A stretch of 64,000 bases of DNA, from contig NC_092371.1 in NCBI RefSeq assembly GCF_030028105.1, forward strand, positions 165,719,358-165,783,357, in the 5' to 3' direction. The notes under the pieces are model-generated. The model saw only the letters and a program-made list of their open reading frames with translations, had not been told where the DNA came from and ran no database searches. This stretch comes from Mobula birostris. Lineage: Eukaryota. The position numbers and the translations under genes are program-made. Shown here piece by piece: positions 11,901 to 24,500 of this stretch; position 1 is the stretch's first letter, and each line of letters begins with the position of its first letter.

Positions 11901-14900
11901 ATTAGAACAGTACAGTGTAGGACAGGCCCTCGGCCCACAGTGTTGTGCCGACACCTTAGCCTACTCCGAGATCAATCTAACCGTTTCCTCCCACGTAGCC
12001 CTCCATTTCCCTTTCATCAATGACCTAAGATTCTCTCAAATGTCTCTCACACATCTGCATCTACCACCATCCCTGGCGTTCCTTGTACACTTAACTCTCC
12101 ATGTAATAAAAACCTACCTCTGACACTCCCCTACTTTCCTGCAATCACTTTAAAATTATGCCCCTTGTACTAGCCCTTGGGGGGGGGGGGGAATCACTGC
12201 TTGTCCACTCTATGCCTCTTAATATCATATAGACCTCTATCAAGTTACCTCTTACTAATCCAAGTTGAAAAGCCTGAGCTCGCTCAACCTATTCCCATAA
12301 TACGTGCCCCTCCCACAAGGGCAGAAGGACTGAAGTGATGGGCTGATGGAGTGTTAGAGCTAATTGGAAAGGTGTGATTATGGGGCTAGGAGGCTGCAAA
12401 GGGCTGAATGGCCTACTCACATTTGTGATTGCGTGAGTATAGTTTTCTTTCTTTCTTTTTCAATCTTTTTATTAATTTCAAAATATAGAAACAAAACATA
12501 GCAATAATACAGATAATATAAGATGTATTGTTACATTTAAAAAAAGAGTAATTGCAAAACCAAATAGTGGAAATTATCAAAACTCCCATACATGTAGAAC
12601 TGATCACGGATAATATAAAGCAAAAAAAAAGGAAAAAGACAAAAAAAAGAAAAAAAAACCCATCCCAAAAGAAAAAAAAACTAAACTAAAAGACTTGGGC
12701 AAAACTAACAACTTAAAAATGGAAAAGAAGAAAACCTCAGCGTCGACGATTCCATTCCCCTCCAACAACAGTACAGAGAGATAAAACAAGTTTGGAAATG
12801 ATCAAATTACATCAAATGAAAATGCTGAATAAATGGCCTCCAAATTTTTTCAAACTTAATAGAAGGGTCATAAACTGCACTTCTAATTTTCTCCAAATTC
12901 AGACACAGCATAGTTTGTGAAAACCAATGAAATACTGTAGGAGGGTTGATCTCTTTCCAATTCAACAAGATTGACCTTCTAGCTACTAAAGTAAGAAATG
13001 CAATCATCCTTCGTGATGAAGAGGTTAAATTATTTGAGTCTATCATTGGTAATCCAAAGATAGCTGTAATTGGATGAGGTTGTAAGTCTAGATTTAGGAC
13101 CGTTGAAATAATATCAAAAATATCTTTCCAATATTTCTCCAACAAGGGACATGACCAAAACATGTGAGTTAAAGAAGCAATCTCAGACTGGCATCTGTCA
13201 CATATTGGATTAATATAAGAGTAATAACGAGATAGTTTATCTTTGGACATATGAGCCCTGTGAACTACTTTAAACTGTATCAACCTATGCTTAGCACATA
13301 CAGAGGATGAATTCACCAACTGAAGAATTTTTTCCCATTTTTCAGTCGGTATATTAATCTCAAGTTCTCTTTCCCAGTCAGCTTTAATTTTATTAGAGGC
13401 ATCAGGACATAAATTCATAATTATATTATATACAATTGCTATTACACCTTTCTGAGAAAGATTTAAGTCTAAGATTTTTTCCAAAGTGTCCATTGGATAT
13501 GGGTGTGGAAAATTAGGAGAGACAGTAATTAAAAAGTTTCTAATCTGTAAATATCTAAAAAAGTGAGATCTGGGTAAGTTATATTTATTAGAGAGTTGAT
13601 CAAAAGACATAAAACAGTTATCCAAGAATAAATCACGAAAAGATATTATACCTATGAGTATAGTTTCGAATATGTAATCTTCTTCAACAACTAATTAATA
13701 GCATGAAACACAAGAGGCATAGATGCTGGAACCTGGAGCAACAAAGACCTGCTGGAAGAACTCAGCAGGTTGGGCAGCAGCTGTGGGGAAAAAAAACAAA
13801 TTGTCGACATTTCAGGTCAAATTCCCGGACAAATCCTTTCCACCCACAGATTCCGCTCAGCCTGCCGAGTTCTTCCAGCAGGTTGCCTTAGTTGTTTGTT
13901 GTAACTCAGCTTGCCAAGTTATGAACGGGATCTTTAGGCAGCTACTGAGCCAGTTTACCTGGAGTATATCTGGGATTGTTACCTCATGGCATTGAGTATG
14001 TACAATCATTTACCTTTCAGTTCTTACATCAGTGAGCACAAGGCCTCTAGGCACCTGTGTCCCCATTGTCAGCTGGGCTTGGAAAGAATGAGCCTTCATT
14101 CGGCTATCCACATCACCAAGGAAATCATTCCACTCCACCTAAAGATTAAAGAGCAACTTAATTTGTCACACGTGAAATCATTTGGTGAAACGCGTCGTTT
14201 GCGGCAATGACACAGTCTGACAATGTGCTGGTGGCAGCCCTCAAATACCACCATTCTGCCCACAGTTCACTAACCCTAATTGTTTGTCTTTGGAACGTGG
14301 GGGGAAACTGGAGCACTTGGAGAAAACCCACACGGTCCCGAGGAGAAAGTACAAACTCCTCACAGCTGGTGGTGGCGGGGATTGAAGCCAGATCGCTGGT
14401 GCTGTACCGCCCGGGACGTCCACCTCCGCTAAATCCAGAAGTGAGGTTGGAAGCCGGTTTAAAATCCACCCAACCCAAATCCATCCTCTTTAGGACATTG
14501 AAATCCACATCCTTCTGGGAAGAATCATTAGCAAGCAATCTTCCGACGTCTGGCGCAGTAAAACGCACAGCGCTAACCATTACACTCCCGTGTCAGCACT
14601 GTAGTTTCATTTGTCACCGGCAGCTGCCAACAGCTGTTCTGCTGTGGGATGGGCCAGTTTACAAGTTTAATGTTAGTGGAAATAGATTTTGTACCAACAT
14701 TAAACATGACCAGGAGAATCCAGGCACTGACAAAAAATGCAGACAGCTCCCTCCTTTGATCCAGTGTTTACGGACTTTGTGCCCATACCACCAATCAGTG
14801 GCTACAATGTCAACACTAGCCTGACCATGGCCTTGGCACTCAGAAAAAAATCTTCAATTGAAGCAAAAGTCAAGTGGGGGCAGCACTGTGTAATTTTAAC

Positions 14901-17900
14901 CCAATCTGCCTCTGGGTAAACCAGCACTGAACACTGAATTCATCCTCTTCATACAAATTTTACTCTCCAGTGAAGTTGATCTAGGGCTTAGGCATGGAAA
15001 ACACCTTCCACACGACTGGAGTTAGGATCACCTTGATATCTGTAACTCTAGTGAGATGTTACGTAGAAAAATACACATAACTCTACATACAAACTATGTT
15101 CATGACTTGAGTAACATAGAATGTAATAAGCAGAATTACCTCAAACTCCAATAAGTCCTCGACCTGATCCTGTACAGAGACAGAGCTGTTGGATACAAAT
15201 AAATGTACCGGTTTAGCGGCCCAAAGGGTTTTTGAATTTATTCCTCCCCCATCCCAAATTGAAAGCCATCTGATCTCTACAACAGATTAATGGGGGGGGG
15301 GGGCGGGTGGAGGAAGAGGGGAGAGGGATATACAAAGCATCAAGAGTTATGGCACCAAGGCAGGTGGAAGGAAGTAAGATGCAGGTCAGACATGATCTCT
15401 CTGGATTGTGAAAATGTTTTGAGAGTCTGAAAGATCTCCTGTTGCTACAAGACATAGTATAGGAGCATAATTAGGCCATTTGGCACATCAAGCCTTCTCT
15501 ACCATTAAATAATTCCCAATTCTTTGTCCACCCTATTCGCTCATCTTCACTCTGTAAGCCCTTTGCCCCCTTACCAATCCTGACCCTGTCAATACACCCA
15601 GTGACTTGGCCTCAACAGCTGTCTGTGGCAATGAATTCCACAGAATCCCCACCCTCTGGCCAAAGAAACTCCTCATCTTCTGTTTTAAAGCAACATCCTT
15701 TTATTCTGATGCTGTGCCCCCTGATCCTACGTTTTACATTCTCAATGGTCCTACAGAAACAAAACACACTCTAACACTCAGAGATTTACACAATTAAATA
15801 TAACTGCTCAACCTGAGATACTTACTGGTAAAACCTTTTGAACAGATCTTCAGTATCACTTTGCTTCTGCACATGTAAACTTCAAGGGGGAAGAAAAATG
15901 TCTTGATTAGCTCTAACAGAAAAAAATAACCAGGCTGATTTTTTAATCTATTGAGGTTTTTATTAAATAGTTTGACTTAGATATTCACATAAAAGTTGCT
16001 GGTGAACGCAGCAGGCCAGGCAGGTCGAAGTTTTGGGCCTGTACCTCTTCCTAGAGATGCTGCCTGGCCTGCTGCGTTCACCAGCAACTTTTATGTGTGT
16101 TGCTTGAAATTCCAGCATCTGCAGATTTCCTCGTATTTGTGACTTAGATACTCAATTACTTCGCCTTAGTTGGGGTTTTCTTAGTCACAAAATTGAGCTT
16201 TTTGGCCATCAGACTAAATGCTATGTTTGGCGTAAGCCAAACACTGCACATCATCAAAAACGCACCATCCCTACCGTAAAGCACGGCGCGGCAACATCAT
16301 GCTGTGGGGATGCTTCATTGCCACAGGCCCTGGAAGACTTCTGAAGGTAAAGGGGAAAATGAATGCAGCAAAATACAGGGAAATCCTGGAGGAAAACCTG
16401 ATGCAGTCTGCAAGAGAACTGCGACTTGGGAGAAGATTTGTTTTCCAGCAGGACAATGACCCCAAGCATAAAGCCAAAGCTACACAAAAAAAAACAAAGT
16501 TAATGTCTTGGAGTGGCCAAGTCAGAGTCCAGACCTCAATCCAATTGAGAATTTGTGGCTGGACTTGAAAAGATCTGTACACTCATAACCTCCATGCAAT
16601 CTGGCAGAGCTTGAGCTGTTTTGTAAAGAAGAATGGGGAAAAATTGCAGTGCCCAGACGTACAAAGCTGATAGAGACCTATCCACACAGACTCAAGGCTG
16701 TAATTGCTGCCAAAGGTGCATCTACTGACATGAAGGGGGTGAGTAATTATGCAATCAATTACTTTGCATTTAATAATTATAATAAATTTAGTCCAATTTG
16801 AAGAAATTTGTTCTCACTTTGACACGCAAGAGTGTTTTCTGTTGATCAGTGTTAAACAAGCCAAATGAAATCCACTGTGATTCAATGTTGTAAAACAATA
16901 AAACATAACAACTTCCCGGGGGGGGGGGAATACTTTTTATAGGCACTATATATTAAAGCTGTAAAGCTGTCTGGAAATTTCTAAGATTGTGGGCGTAAAT
17001 ATGTATTTCAAAGTGCTAAGTTCAAAGTAAATTTATTATCAAAGGACATTTATGTTACCATATACAACCCTGAGATTAATTTTCTTGTGGGTATTCACAG
17101 TAAATACAAAAACACAAAAGAATTGGGTTTTATAGAAGCATAATGTACAATGGAAGATAGAAAATGCCTGTCAAAAGGGCAATGTTACAATTGTTATGGG
17201 GGAATTTTGATATGCATGCAGATTCGGAAAAATCGGGTTGGTGCTGGATCCCAAGAGGGGGAATTTGTAGAATGCCTATGAGATGGCTCTTTAGAGCAGT
17301 TTGTGGTTGAGTCCATTAGGAGATCAGCTATTTCGGATTGGGTGTTGTGCAATGAACCAGAATTGATTAGAGAGCTTAAGGTAAAGGAATCCTTAGGAAG
17401 CACTGAGTTCTATATAATATGTAATATAATAGAACTCACCCTGCATTTGAGAAGGAGGGTTAAAATCAGATGCATCAGGATTACAGTGGAGTAAAGGGAA
17501 TTACAGAGGAGCTGGCCAAAATTGAATGGAAGGGAAAACTAATGGAAGGGATAAATAACAGCAGAGCAGCAATGGCTGGAGTCTCCAGGAGCAATTCATA
17601 AGGTGCAGGATAGATACATCTCAAATAAGAAGTATTCTAAAGGCAGGAAGATGCAACTGTGGCTAACGAGAGAAGTCAAAGCCAACATAAAAGCCAAAGA
17701 GAGGGCAAATAATAGAGCACAAATTGGTGGGAAGTTAAGAGTATTGGGAAGCTTTTAAAAACCAACAAGGAAACTAGAAAAAGTCATAAAGAAGGAAAAG
17801 ATGGAATATGAAGGCAAGCTAGCCAATAATATTAAAGAGGATACCAAAAATGTCCTCAGATCTATGAAGTGTTAAAGAGAGGTAACAGCAGATATCAGAC

Positions 17901-20900
17901 TGTTGGAAAACGACGCTGGAGGGGTAGTAATGGGGTACAAGGAAAATGGCAGATGAAATTAATAAGTATTTTGCATCCGTCTTCACTGCAGAAGACACTA
18001 GCAGTATGCTAGATGCTCGAGAGTTTCGGGGAGCCAAAGTGAGTAAAGTTGTCTTTACTAGGGAGAAGGTTCTTGGGAAACTGAAAGGTCTTAAGGTAGA
18101 TAAGTCAACTGGCTGGACCAGATGGTATATACCTCAAAGTTCTGAAAGAGGTAGCTGAAGGGATTGTGGAGGCATTAGTAATGATCTTTCAAGAATTAAT
18201 GGATTTTGACATGGTGTTGGAGGACTGGAAAATTTCAAATGTCACTCTGCTCTTCAAGAAGGGAGAGAGGCAGAATAAAGGAAATTATAGACCAGTTAGT
18301 CTGACCTCAGTGATTGTGACAATGTTGGAGTCGATTGTTAAGGATGTGGTTTCGGAGTACTTGAAGGCACATGATAAAAACAAAGTCAGCATGGTTTCCT
18401 TGAGAGAAAATCTTGCCTGACAAATCTGTTGGAATTCTTTGAAAAAATAACAAGCAGGCCCACAGTATTACAGGAAAGATACAAGCATAGATAAAGCATT
18501 GGCTGATTGGCCAAGGGCAAAGAGTAACAATAGAGGGAACCTCTTCTGGTTGCCTGTTGGTGGCGAGTGGTGTTCCAAAGGCTCTGGGCCTATACACACT
18601 GGAATTCAGAAGAATGAGGGGGCATCTCAATTAAACCTATTAAATGTTGAAAGGCCACAATAGAGTCGAGGGGTGGGTGGGCGGGGGTGCGGATTGAACA
18701 GCCTTACTGTTTGAGGAAAATAACTGTTTTTGAGTCTGGTGGTCCTGACGTGGATGCTACACAGCCTCCTCCCTGATGGGAGTGGTGCAAACAGTCCCCG
18801 AGCGGGGTGGGTGGGGTATTACAATACAGTCTTAACTTGAAACATCCTAAGCAAGAATGGTACTCTAAATATTAGGTTTTATTCTCCTTTACAACTCGGC
18901 TTTGGTACGAGGGAACTGACTGTTACTTACTTGTTGAAGAAGTTTGCATAGAGCCGAATCAGTTCAGCCAAAGAGCCTATCTTCTGGGAGACAAATTCAT
19001 GGACCTTCTCTGAAAAACAAATGCCACAGGAGCATAGCGTTTAGTAACAGAAGTTCAACAAGGTTTGGGGCGCTTTAAGAGCCAGCAGCATTGCCGTTAG
19101 CGTGGTGATATTACAGCTCAGGGAGTTGAATTCCGGTGCCGCCTGAAAGGCGTTAGTGGCGTGAACCGCACGGGTTTCCTCCGGGTGCTCCGGTTTCCTC
19201 CCAAAGTCCAAAGACGCACTGGTCAGTCGGTTAATTGGTCAATGTAAATTGTCCTGTGATTAGCCTTGTGTTAAAAGGGTGGGTTGCTGGGTGGTGTAGC
19301 TCATTGGGCTGGAAGAGCCTATATCTCCAAATTAATAAAAAGTGGGATTAAAAAACACACATGGATGAACTCAGCAGCTATGGAGAGGAATGGAGAGCTG
19401 ATATTTCTGGCTGAGACCCTTCATCAGAACCACTGTTTAAAAATCCACAACACTGTGACACCACAAAGGCAAGGAATATTTAGCCTATTTCTAACTGAGC
19501 TGGTTCTAAGACGTCATAAATTTGGTCACTTCTTTAAAAAGTAAAATTAGCTGAAGTGTGAAAACCAATTCACACAATGCGGCTAGCATTTCGGGGATGA
19601 GGTCAGTCCTAATGACGAGACTCGGCATAAAACATCGTCTATTTATTTCATACTGCCTGACCTGTGAAGTTTCTCCAACGTTGGCAGAATCCTGTGTTTG
19701 TGTTTTGATAACACAAACAACAGGAATTCTGCAGATGCTGGAAATTCAAGCAACACACATCAAAGTTGCTGGTGAACGCAGCAGGCCAGGTGATGTTAGG
19801 AAGAGGTACAGTCGACGTTTCAGGCCGAGACCCTTCATCAGGACTAAAGCTCCATCCCTCCCCCTCCTGTCTTTTCCTATCATTTTGGATCTCCCCCTCC
19901 CTCTCCCACTTTCAAATCTCTTACTAGTTCTTCCTTCAGTTAGTCCTGACGAAGGGTCTCGGCCTGAAACGTCGACTGTACCTCTTCCTAGAGATGCTGC
20001 CCGGCCTGCTGCGTTCACCAGCAACTTTGATGTGTGTTGTTTGTGATTTGATATTTATTTGTTACTCCACTGCCTCAAATGGGTCACTTTTTCACTTTTG
20101 TTTCTTCTGCCACCTGAACTTGACATGTCGCAACAGAAATTTGCTGTGTGCAAGTAAACAAGGGACACCAAAGGATCAGCTTTCAGTAATGACTATTGCC
20201 AATGCACTCTCAATGAGGAATTATGCCAGCATCACCATTAGGTGGCGCTCCCTCTCTGCTCTGCAGCTCTTCACCCTTCACAACCGTCACCAGTGCTTTA
20301 CATTTCCTCAACACAAGATCCTGCAGATGCTGGAAACCCGAGGCAGAACACTCAGCAGCGCTCGAAGAACTCAGCAGGTCAGGCAACATGAATAAACAAC
20401 TGACGTCTTTGGGCTGAGACCCTTCTTCAGGGGTGGAAAGGAAGTGGGAAAACACCAGAAAAAGGTGGGGGGGGAGCTGAAAGTGATGGGTAAAGCCAGG
20501 TGGGTGGGAAAGGTAAAGGGCTGGAGGAGAAAATAGGAGAGGAGAGTGGACCATGGGAGAAAAGGCAGGGGAAGTGATAAGGCAGGTGAGGAGGGATCAG
20601 AGTGGGGAAGAGGAGGAAGGGAGGGGGAAGTAAAAAAAAATGCCAGATGGCACTAAATGGGCAGGTGTAGCATTTCCATCACTTGAAGAGGTGGGCGCCA
20701 GGAGTAAGATTAGTGGGGAGGGACAAACGGACAAGGGAAGTAGAGGGAGTTCCCTGCAGAAAGTTGGGGGGGGGTAAAAGATATGTTTAGTGATAGAATC
20801 CCTTTGGAGATGCACAAGTTGTGCAGGATGATGTGTTTATGGGGTGGTCGGTGTGGACAAGGGGAATTGTATCCCTGTGAAAGCAGTGGGAAGATGGGGT

Positions 20901-21467
20901 GAGCGCGGATGTCCAGGAAATGGAGGAGATGTGGGTGAGGGCAGTTTCTCAACCACCTGGCTTCACCTATCACCTTCCAGCTGGTCATAGCAAGGAGGAG
21001 GAGAGGACAAGTGGAGAAAAGGTGTGGAGATAGGATGCAGATGGAGAAGGAAGATAGTGTTAATGGGACAGGCAGAAAGAAGGGAGTGGAGGCTGGGGTG
21101 AAGACAGGGAGACGGAGGATGTCGGTGGGAATGAGGAAAGAGCGGGGGAAAGTATCAGGTTGGGGGATGGAGAGAAGGGGCGACTGAAAGGGAAGGGGAG
21201 ATGGGGTGGGGGAGGGGAGAAGAAGGGGTACCGTCTCTCTCGACATGTTGATGCAGGGCCGGCCGCATGTTTCAGGTTTGAGCACCTCTTTCTCCGTCCC
21301 CCTTCCCGTCCCGTCCCGTCCCGCCCCGCCCCGCCCCGTCCCCCGGGAACAGCACCTCCGGCGCTCTCCGCCCTCGCCGCCGCCAGGATCCTCCGGCCAC
21401 CCTGCGACAAGTCCTCGAGAGCCCGCAGCAGCTCCGCTTCTCCCGGCACCGGACCGCACTCCTCCAT
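8819..21467 (-). CDS. SELENOL: Selenoprotein L, complete 9-exon CDS (897 nt, 298 aa, Sec163 and Sec166 in a U-L-P-U motif; thioredoxin-like/AhpC-TSA fold)
   Basis: Exons 21467-21356, 19009-18931, 15879-15826, 15185-15140, 14138-14014, 11738-11624, 11406-11284, 10574-10443, 8929-8819 all have GT-AG boundaries with consistent phases (1,2,2,0,2,0,0,0). The joined translation contains [33 protein letters not shown] and DRP, the hallmark features of fish selenoprotein L. Confidence 0.95.
10443..10574 (-). CDS. SELENOL: SELENOL exon 8 ([10 protein letters not shown]...DDVHQ)
   Basis: tcttttccag acceptor, gttagt donor, 132 nt. Confidence 0.93.
11284..11406 (-). CDS. SELENOL: SELENOL exon 7 ([16 protein letters not shown]...MLLDPSRQ)
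   Basis: tttcacacag acceptor, gtgact donor, 123 nt. Confidence 0.93.
11624..11738 (-). CDS. SELENOL: SELENOL exon 6 with both Sec codons (TGA at 11668-11666 and 11659-11657)
   Basis: tttgcatttcag acceptor, gtacgg donor; reads [36 protein letters not shown]. Confidence 0.95.
12446..13654 (-). mobile_element. 5'-truncated L1/Tx1-clade LINE in SELENOL intron 5
   Basis: 272-aa ORF2 C-terminus with zinc knuckle (CDRC...HMFWSC), A-rich tail, TSD TGAGTATAGTTT at 12434-12445 and 13655-13666. Confidence 0.9.
14014..14138 (-). CDS. SELENOL: SELENOL exon 5 ([14 protein letters not shown]...LTDVRTE)
   Basis: tttaatctttag acceptor, gtaaat donor, 125 nt. Confidence 0.9.
15140..15185 (-). CDS. SELENOL: SELENOL exon 4 ([15 protein letters not shown])
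   Basis: tatccaacag acceptor, gtaatt donor, 46 nt. Confidence 0.9.
15826..15879 (-). CDS. SELENOL: SELENOL exon 3 ([17 protein letters not shown])
   Basis: cttcccccttgaag acceptor, gtaagt donor, 54 nt, phases 2/2. Confidence 0.88.
16185..16950 (+). mobile_element. Tc1-like transposon, 3' part
   Basis: MLWGCF...[11 protein letters not shown] transposase motif; terminal gaatacttttt...ggcacta resembles a Tc1 TIR. Confidence 0.88.
17160..18670 (+). mobile_element. Degraded CR1 LINE ORF2 fragment
   Basis: Fragments [24 protein letters not shown] with many stops and frameshifts. Confidence 0.85.
18931..19009 (-). CDS. SELENOL: SELENOL exon 2 ([26 protein letters not shown])
   Basis: ttgtttttcag acceptor, gtaagt donor, 79 nt. 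Confidence 0.9.
19085..19330 (+). mobile_element. V-SINE-type SINE
   Basis: Contains the V-domain-like core gggtttcctccgggtgctccggtttcctccc..agtccaaagac; antisense relatives lie near 1860-1970, 9100-9260 and 14270-14410. Confidence 0.75.
19810..19845 (-). ncRNA. Minimal type I hammerhead ribozyme motif (sense to SELENOL pre-mRNA)
   Basis: AGUC-CUGAUGA-AGGGUCUCGGCCU-GAAAC-GUC-GACU: stem I AGUC/GACU, intact catalytic core, short stem II, palindromic loop-less stem III. Confidence 0.75.
19942..19977 (+). ncRNA. Minimal type I hammerhead ribozyme motif
   Basis: AGUC-CUGACGA-AGGGUCUCGGCCU-GAAAC-GUC-GACU, same architecture as the inverted partner. Confidence 0.75.
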
Positions 21468-21580
21468 CGCTGCTGCCCCGCTTCGCTCTGAGCCGCGCCG
21501 AGCAGCGGGGCGGAGGGCGGAGGCTCGGGGAGGGAGGAGTTGCTCTGCCTGTTGAGGTGGCGAGCTTCACAGCCGGGGAG
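21220..21580 (-). promoter_or_regulatory. CpG island/promoter over SELENOL exon 1
   Basis: GC- and CpG-dense segment with GC boxes (ggggcggag) around the start codon. Confidence 0.7.
21356..21467 (-). CDS. SELENOL: SELENOL coding exon 1 ([37 protein letters not shown])
   Basis: ATG in good Kozak context (GCAGCGATGG) within a CpG island; phase-1 donor G/gtgctg matches the phase of exon 2. Confidence 0.8.
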
Positions 21581-22599
21581 AGAGGAAACACTGGAATACC
21601 TGTAGTTTGTTCCCGATTTTTATTTTTTTGTCCAAAGATTCGGGCGTCCCTGTTAAGGTCACCTCCCTTGAGGTGGTGGTGGGATGGTGGGGGAGCAACT
21701 TGTGGAGAGTATCCCGAGTATCATCACGGCCTGGTCGGGAAACACCTAAGGCCAGCAACAGAGAAGTAGCGGATAGAGCCCAGTCCATCACAAGAAAAGC
21801 CCTAAACACAAGAAATTCTGCAAGTGCTGGGGGTCCAAAGCAACACACAACAAATGCGGGGGGAACTCAACAGGTCAGGCAGCATCTGTGCAAGTTCATC
21901 AACTGTTGATGTTTCCGGTCGAGACCCTTCATCAGGACTGGAAAGGAAGGGAGAAGACGCCAGAAGAAAAAGGTGGAGGAAGTGGGGGACAGACTCGAGG
22001 GTGATGGGGGGAAACCAGGTGGGTGGGAAAGGTAAAGGGCCAGAGAGGAAGTAATCTGATAAGAGAGGAGACAGAGTTGACCTTAGGTGAAAGGGAAGGA
22101 GGAAGGGCACCAGAAGGAGGTGATAGACAGGTGAGGAGAGGTGATGGGCCACAGTGAGGAATAGAAGAAAAGGGAAAAATATTTTTACAGGAAGTTGGAG
22201 AAATGGAAGCTCATGCCACCCAGTTCAAGGCTACCAGACGGAATATGAGGTGTTGTTCCTCCACCCTGAGAATAACCTCATCTTGGCATAATAGGAGACC
22301 ACGGACTGACATGTCAGAACAGTAATGGGTTAAAATGGTTGGGCACCATGAAATTCTGGTTTTTGGTGGATGAAATGGAAGTGCTTGACAAAGCAATTCC
22401 CCAATTTTCGACGTACTTACTGCCTGCTGGCATTTAGGGCAGCAGAGAAGGTCCTCCGTCCTTGGTGGTGTTCAGGGCTTCCTTCATCGTGCTGGTAGCT
22501 TCCACTCGGTTTTCATTACTGTCAGTGATGTAAGTCCCAGGTAGAGGCTCAGGAATACCGTTGCACAGATGTAGAAGGGTTCTCCATTGCTGTTTCATA

Positions 22600-24500
22600 G
22601 AGTCATAGAAAAGTTCAGCACAGAAACAGCCCCCTCGCCTCGCCTCGTCTAGTCCATTTAGACTGGCTGCTCCCACCAACCTGCACTGGGACAATAGCTG
22701 TCCGTATCCCTACTAACCATGTACCGGTCCAAACTCCTCAGACATGTTGAAATCGAGCTCGCGTGCACCACTGGTGCTGGCAGCCCATTCCACCCTCTCA
22801 TGACCCTCTGAGTGACGAAGTTTCCCCTCATGTTCCCCTTAAACATTTCACCTTTCAACCCTACCCCATGACCTCTGGTTGTAGTCCCACCCAATCTCAG
22901 TAGGAAAGGCCTGCTTGCATTTAGTCCATCTGTACCCCTCAATTTTGTATACCCCTATCAATCTTCTACATTCTAAGGAATACAGTCCTAACCTATTCAA
23001 TCTTTCCTTATAACACAGGTCCTCCAGACCTGGCAATGTCCTTGTAAATTTTCTCTGTACCTGGTTTGCATCTTTCCTGTAGGTACGTGATAAAAACTGC
23101 ACACAATACTCCAAATTAGGCCTCATAATACAACGTCAACAGAATATCTCCTGTACTCAATAAACAATCAACATTTTGGGCCAAGAACCTTCAACAGTCC
23201 TGATGAAGGGTCTTGGGCCAAAATGCCAACTGTACTCTTTTTCCATAGATGCGGCCTGGCCTGCTGAGTTCCTCCAGCATTTTGTGTGTGTTGCTTGGAT
23301 TTCCGGCACCTGCAGATTTTTTCTTGTTCCTGTACTCAATACATTGATTTATGAAGGCCAATGTGCCAAAAGCTTTCTTTACAGCCCTATCACCTGTGAT
23401 GCCACTATCAATGAACAATGAACCTGTATTCCCAGATCCCTTTGTCCTATTACACACCTCAGCACCCTACCATTCACTGTGTAAGACCTACCCTGGTTGG
23501 TCCTACCAAAGTGCAAAACCTCATACTTGCATACATTACCTACCTTTTTTCCAGCTGGTTCCGATCCCTCTGCAAGCCATGATTGCTTTCCCCACTGTTT
23601 ACTATCCCCCAGTCTTGGTGCCATCCACAAATTAGCTGGTCCAGTTAACCACATTTTCATCCAGATCATTGATATAGATGACAAACAACAATGGTTCCAG
23701 CACTGACCCCTGTGGCACACCACTAGTCACAGGCCTCCAGTTAGCGATGCAACCATCTACAATCACTCTTGGGATTCTCCCACCAAGCCAATGTCTAATC
23801 CAATTTACTACCTCATCCTGAATGCCAAGCCCTTGCAATCCCTTTGCTCTTAACATATTTGTAGAATCCCTTAGGATTCTCTATCACCTTGTCTGTTACA
23901 GCAACTTCTTGCCATTTTTTTAGCCCTCCTGATTTCTTTAAGCGTTCTCTTGCATTTCTTATATGTACTCCATAAGCACCTCATTTGTTCCAGCTTGCCT
24001 ATACCTGCTATGCACCTTTCTAAATCTTTTTTTGAAGGCTTCCCACTTACCAAGTACACCTTTGCCAAAAAAAAAACAGCCTGTCCCAATCCATATTTGC
24101 CAGGTCATTTCTGATACCATCAGAACTGGCCTTTCTTCAATTTAGAATCTCATCCTGCAGACCAGACCTAACTTTTTGCATATTTATTTTAAAACTAATG
24201 GCATTGCGGTCACCAGAAGCAAAGTGTTCCCCTACAGAAACATCTGATACCTGCCTTGTCTCATTCCCTAATAGCAGATCCAGTATTGCATACCCTCTCG
24301 TTCGGATCTTCCTAAACACATTTGACACACTCTACCCTATCTCATCCTTTTCCCAGTCAATTTGTGGAAATTAAAATCATCTACTCTAACAACCTTGTGT
24401 TTCTTGCAACAGTCTGCAATCTCTTTACTAATTAGTTACTCTAAATCCCCAGGACTGTTGGATGGTCTGTAATATACTGTAGGTCCATTCATATGGTCAT
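22600..24500 (-). mobile_element. Degraded CR1 LINE ORF2 with an inserted Penelope-derived short repeat (about 23165-23325)
   Basis: [34 protein letters not shown] and 3' tail catagagtcatag; the duplicated cctgtactcaata flanks the insert. Confidence 0.85.

Larger units (their letters stand above)
19720..20040. mobile_element. Palindromic Penelope-derived repeat (inverted terminal-repeat pair)
   Basis: About 100-bp inverted arms (19750-19847 and 19940-20040); collapsed copies of the same arms at about 15985-16135 and 36620-36805. Confidence 0.75.

Noticed and set aside
20710-21769. Long ORFs across the SELENOL CpG island
   Set aside because: GC-rich low-complexity and Penelope-derived sequence; only 21356-21467 is supported as an exon.
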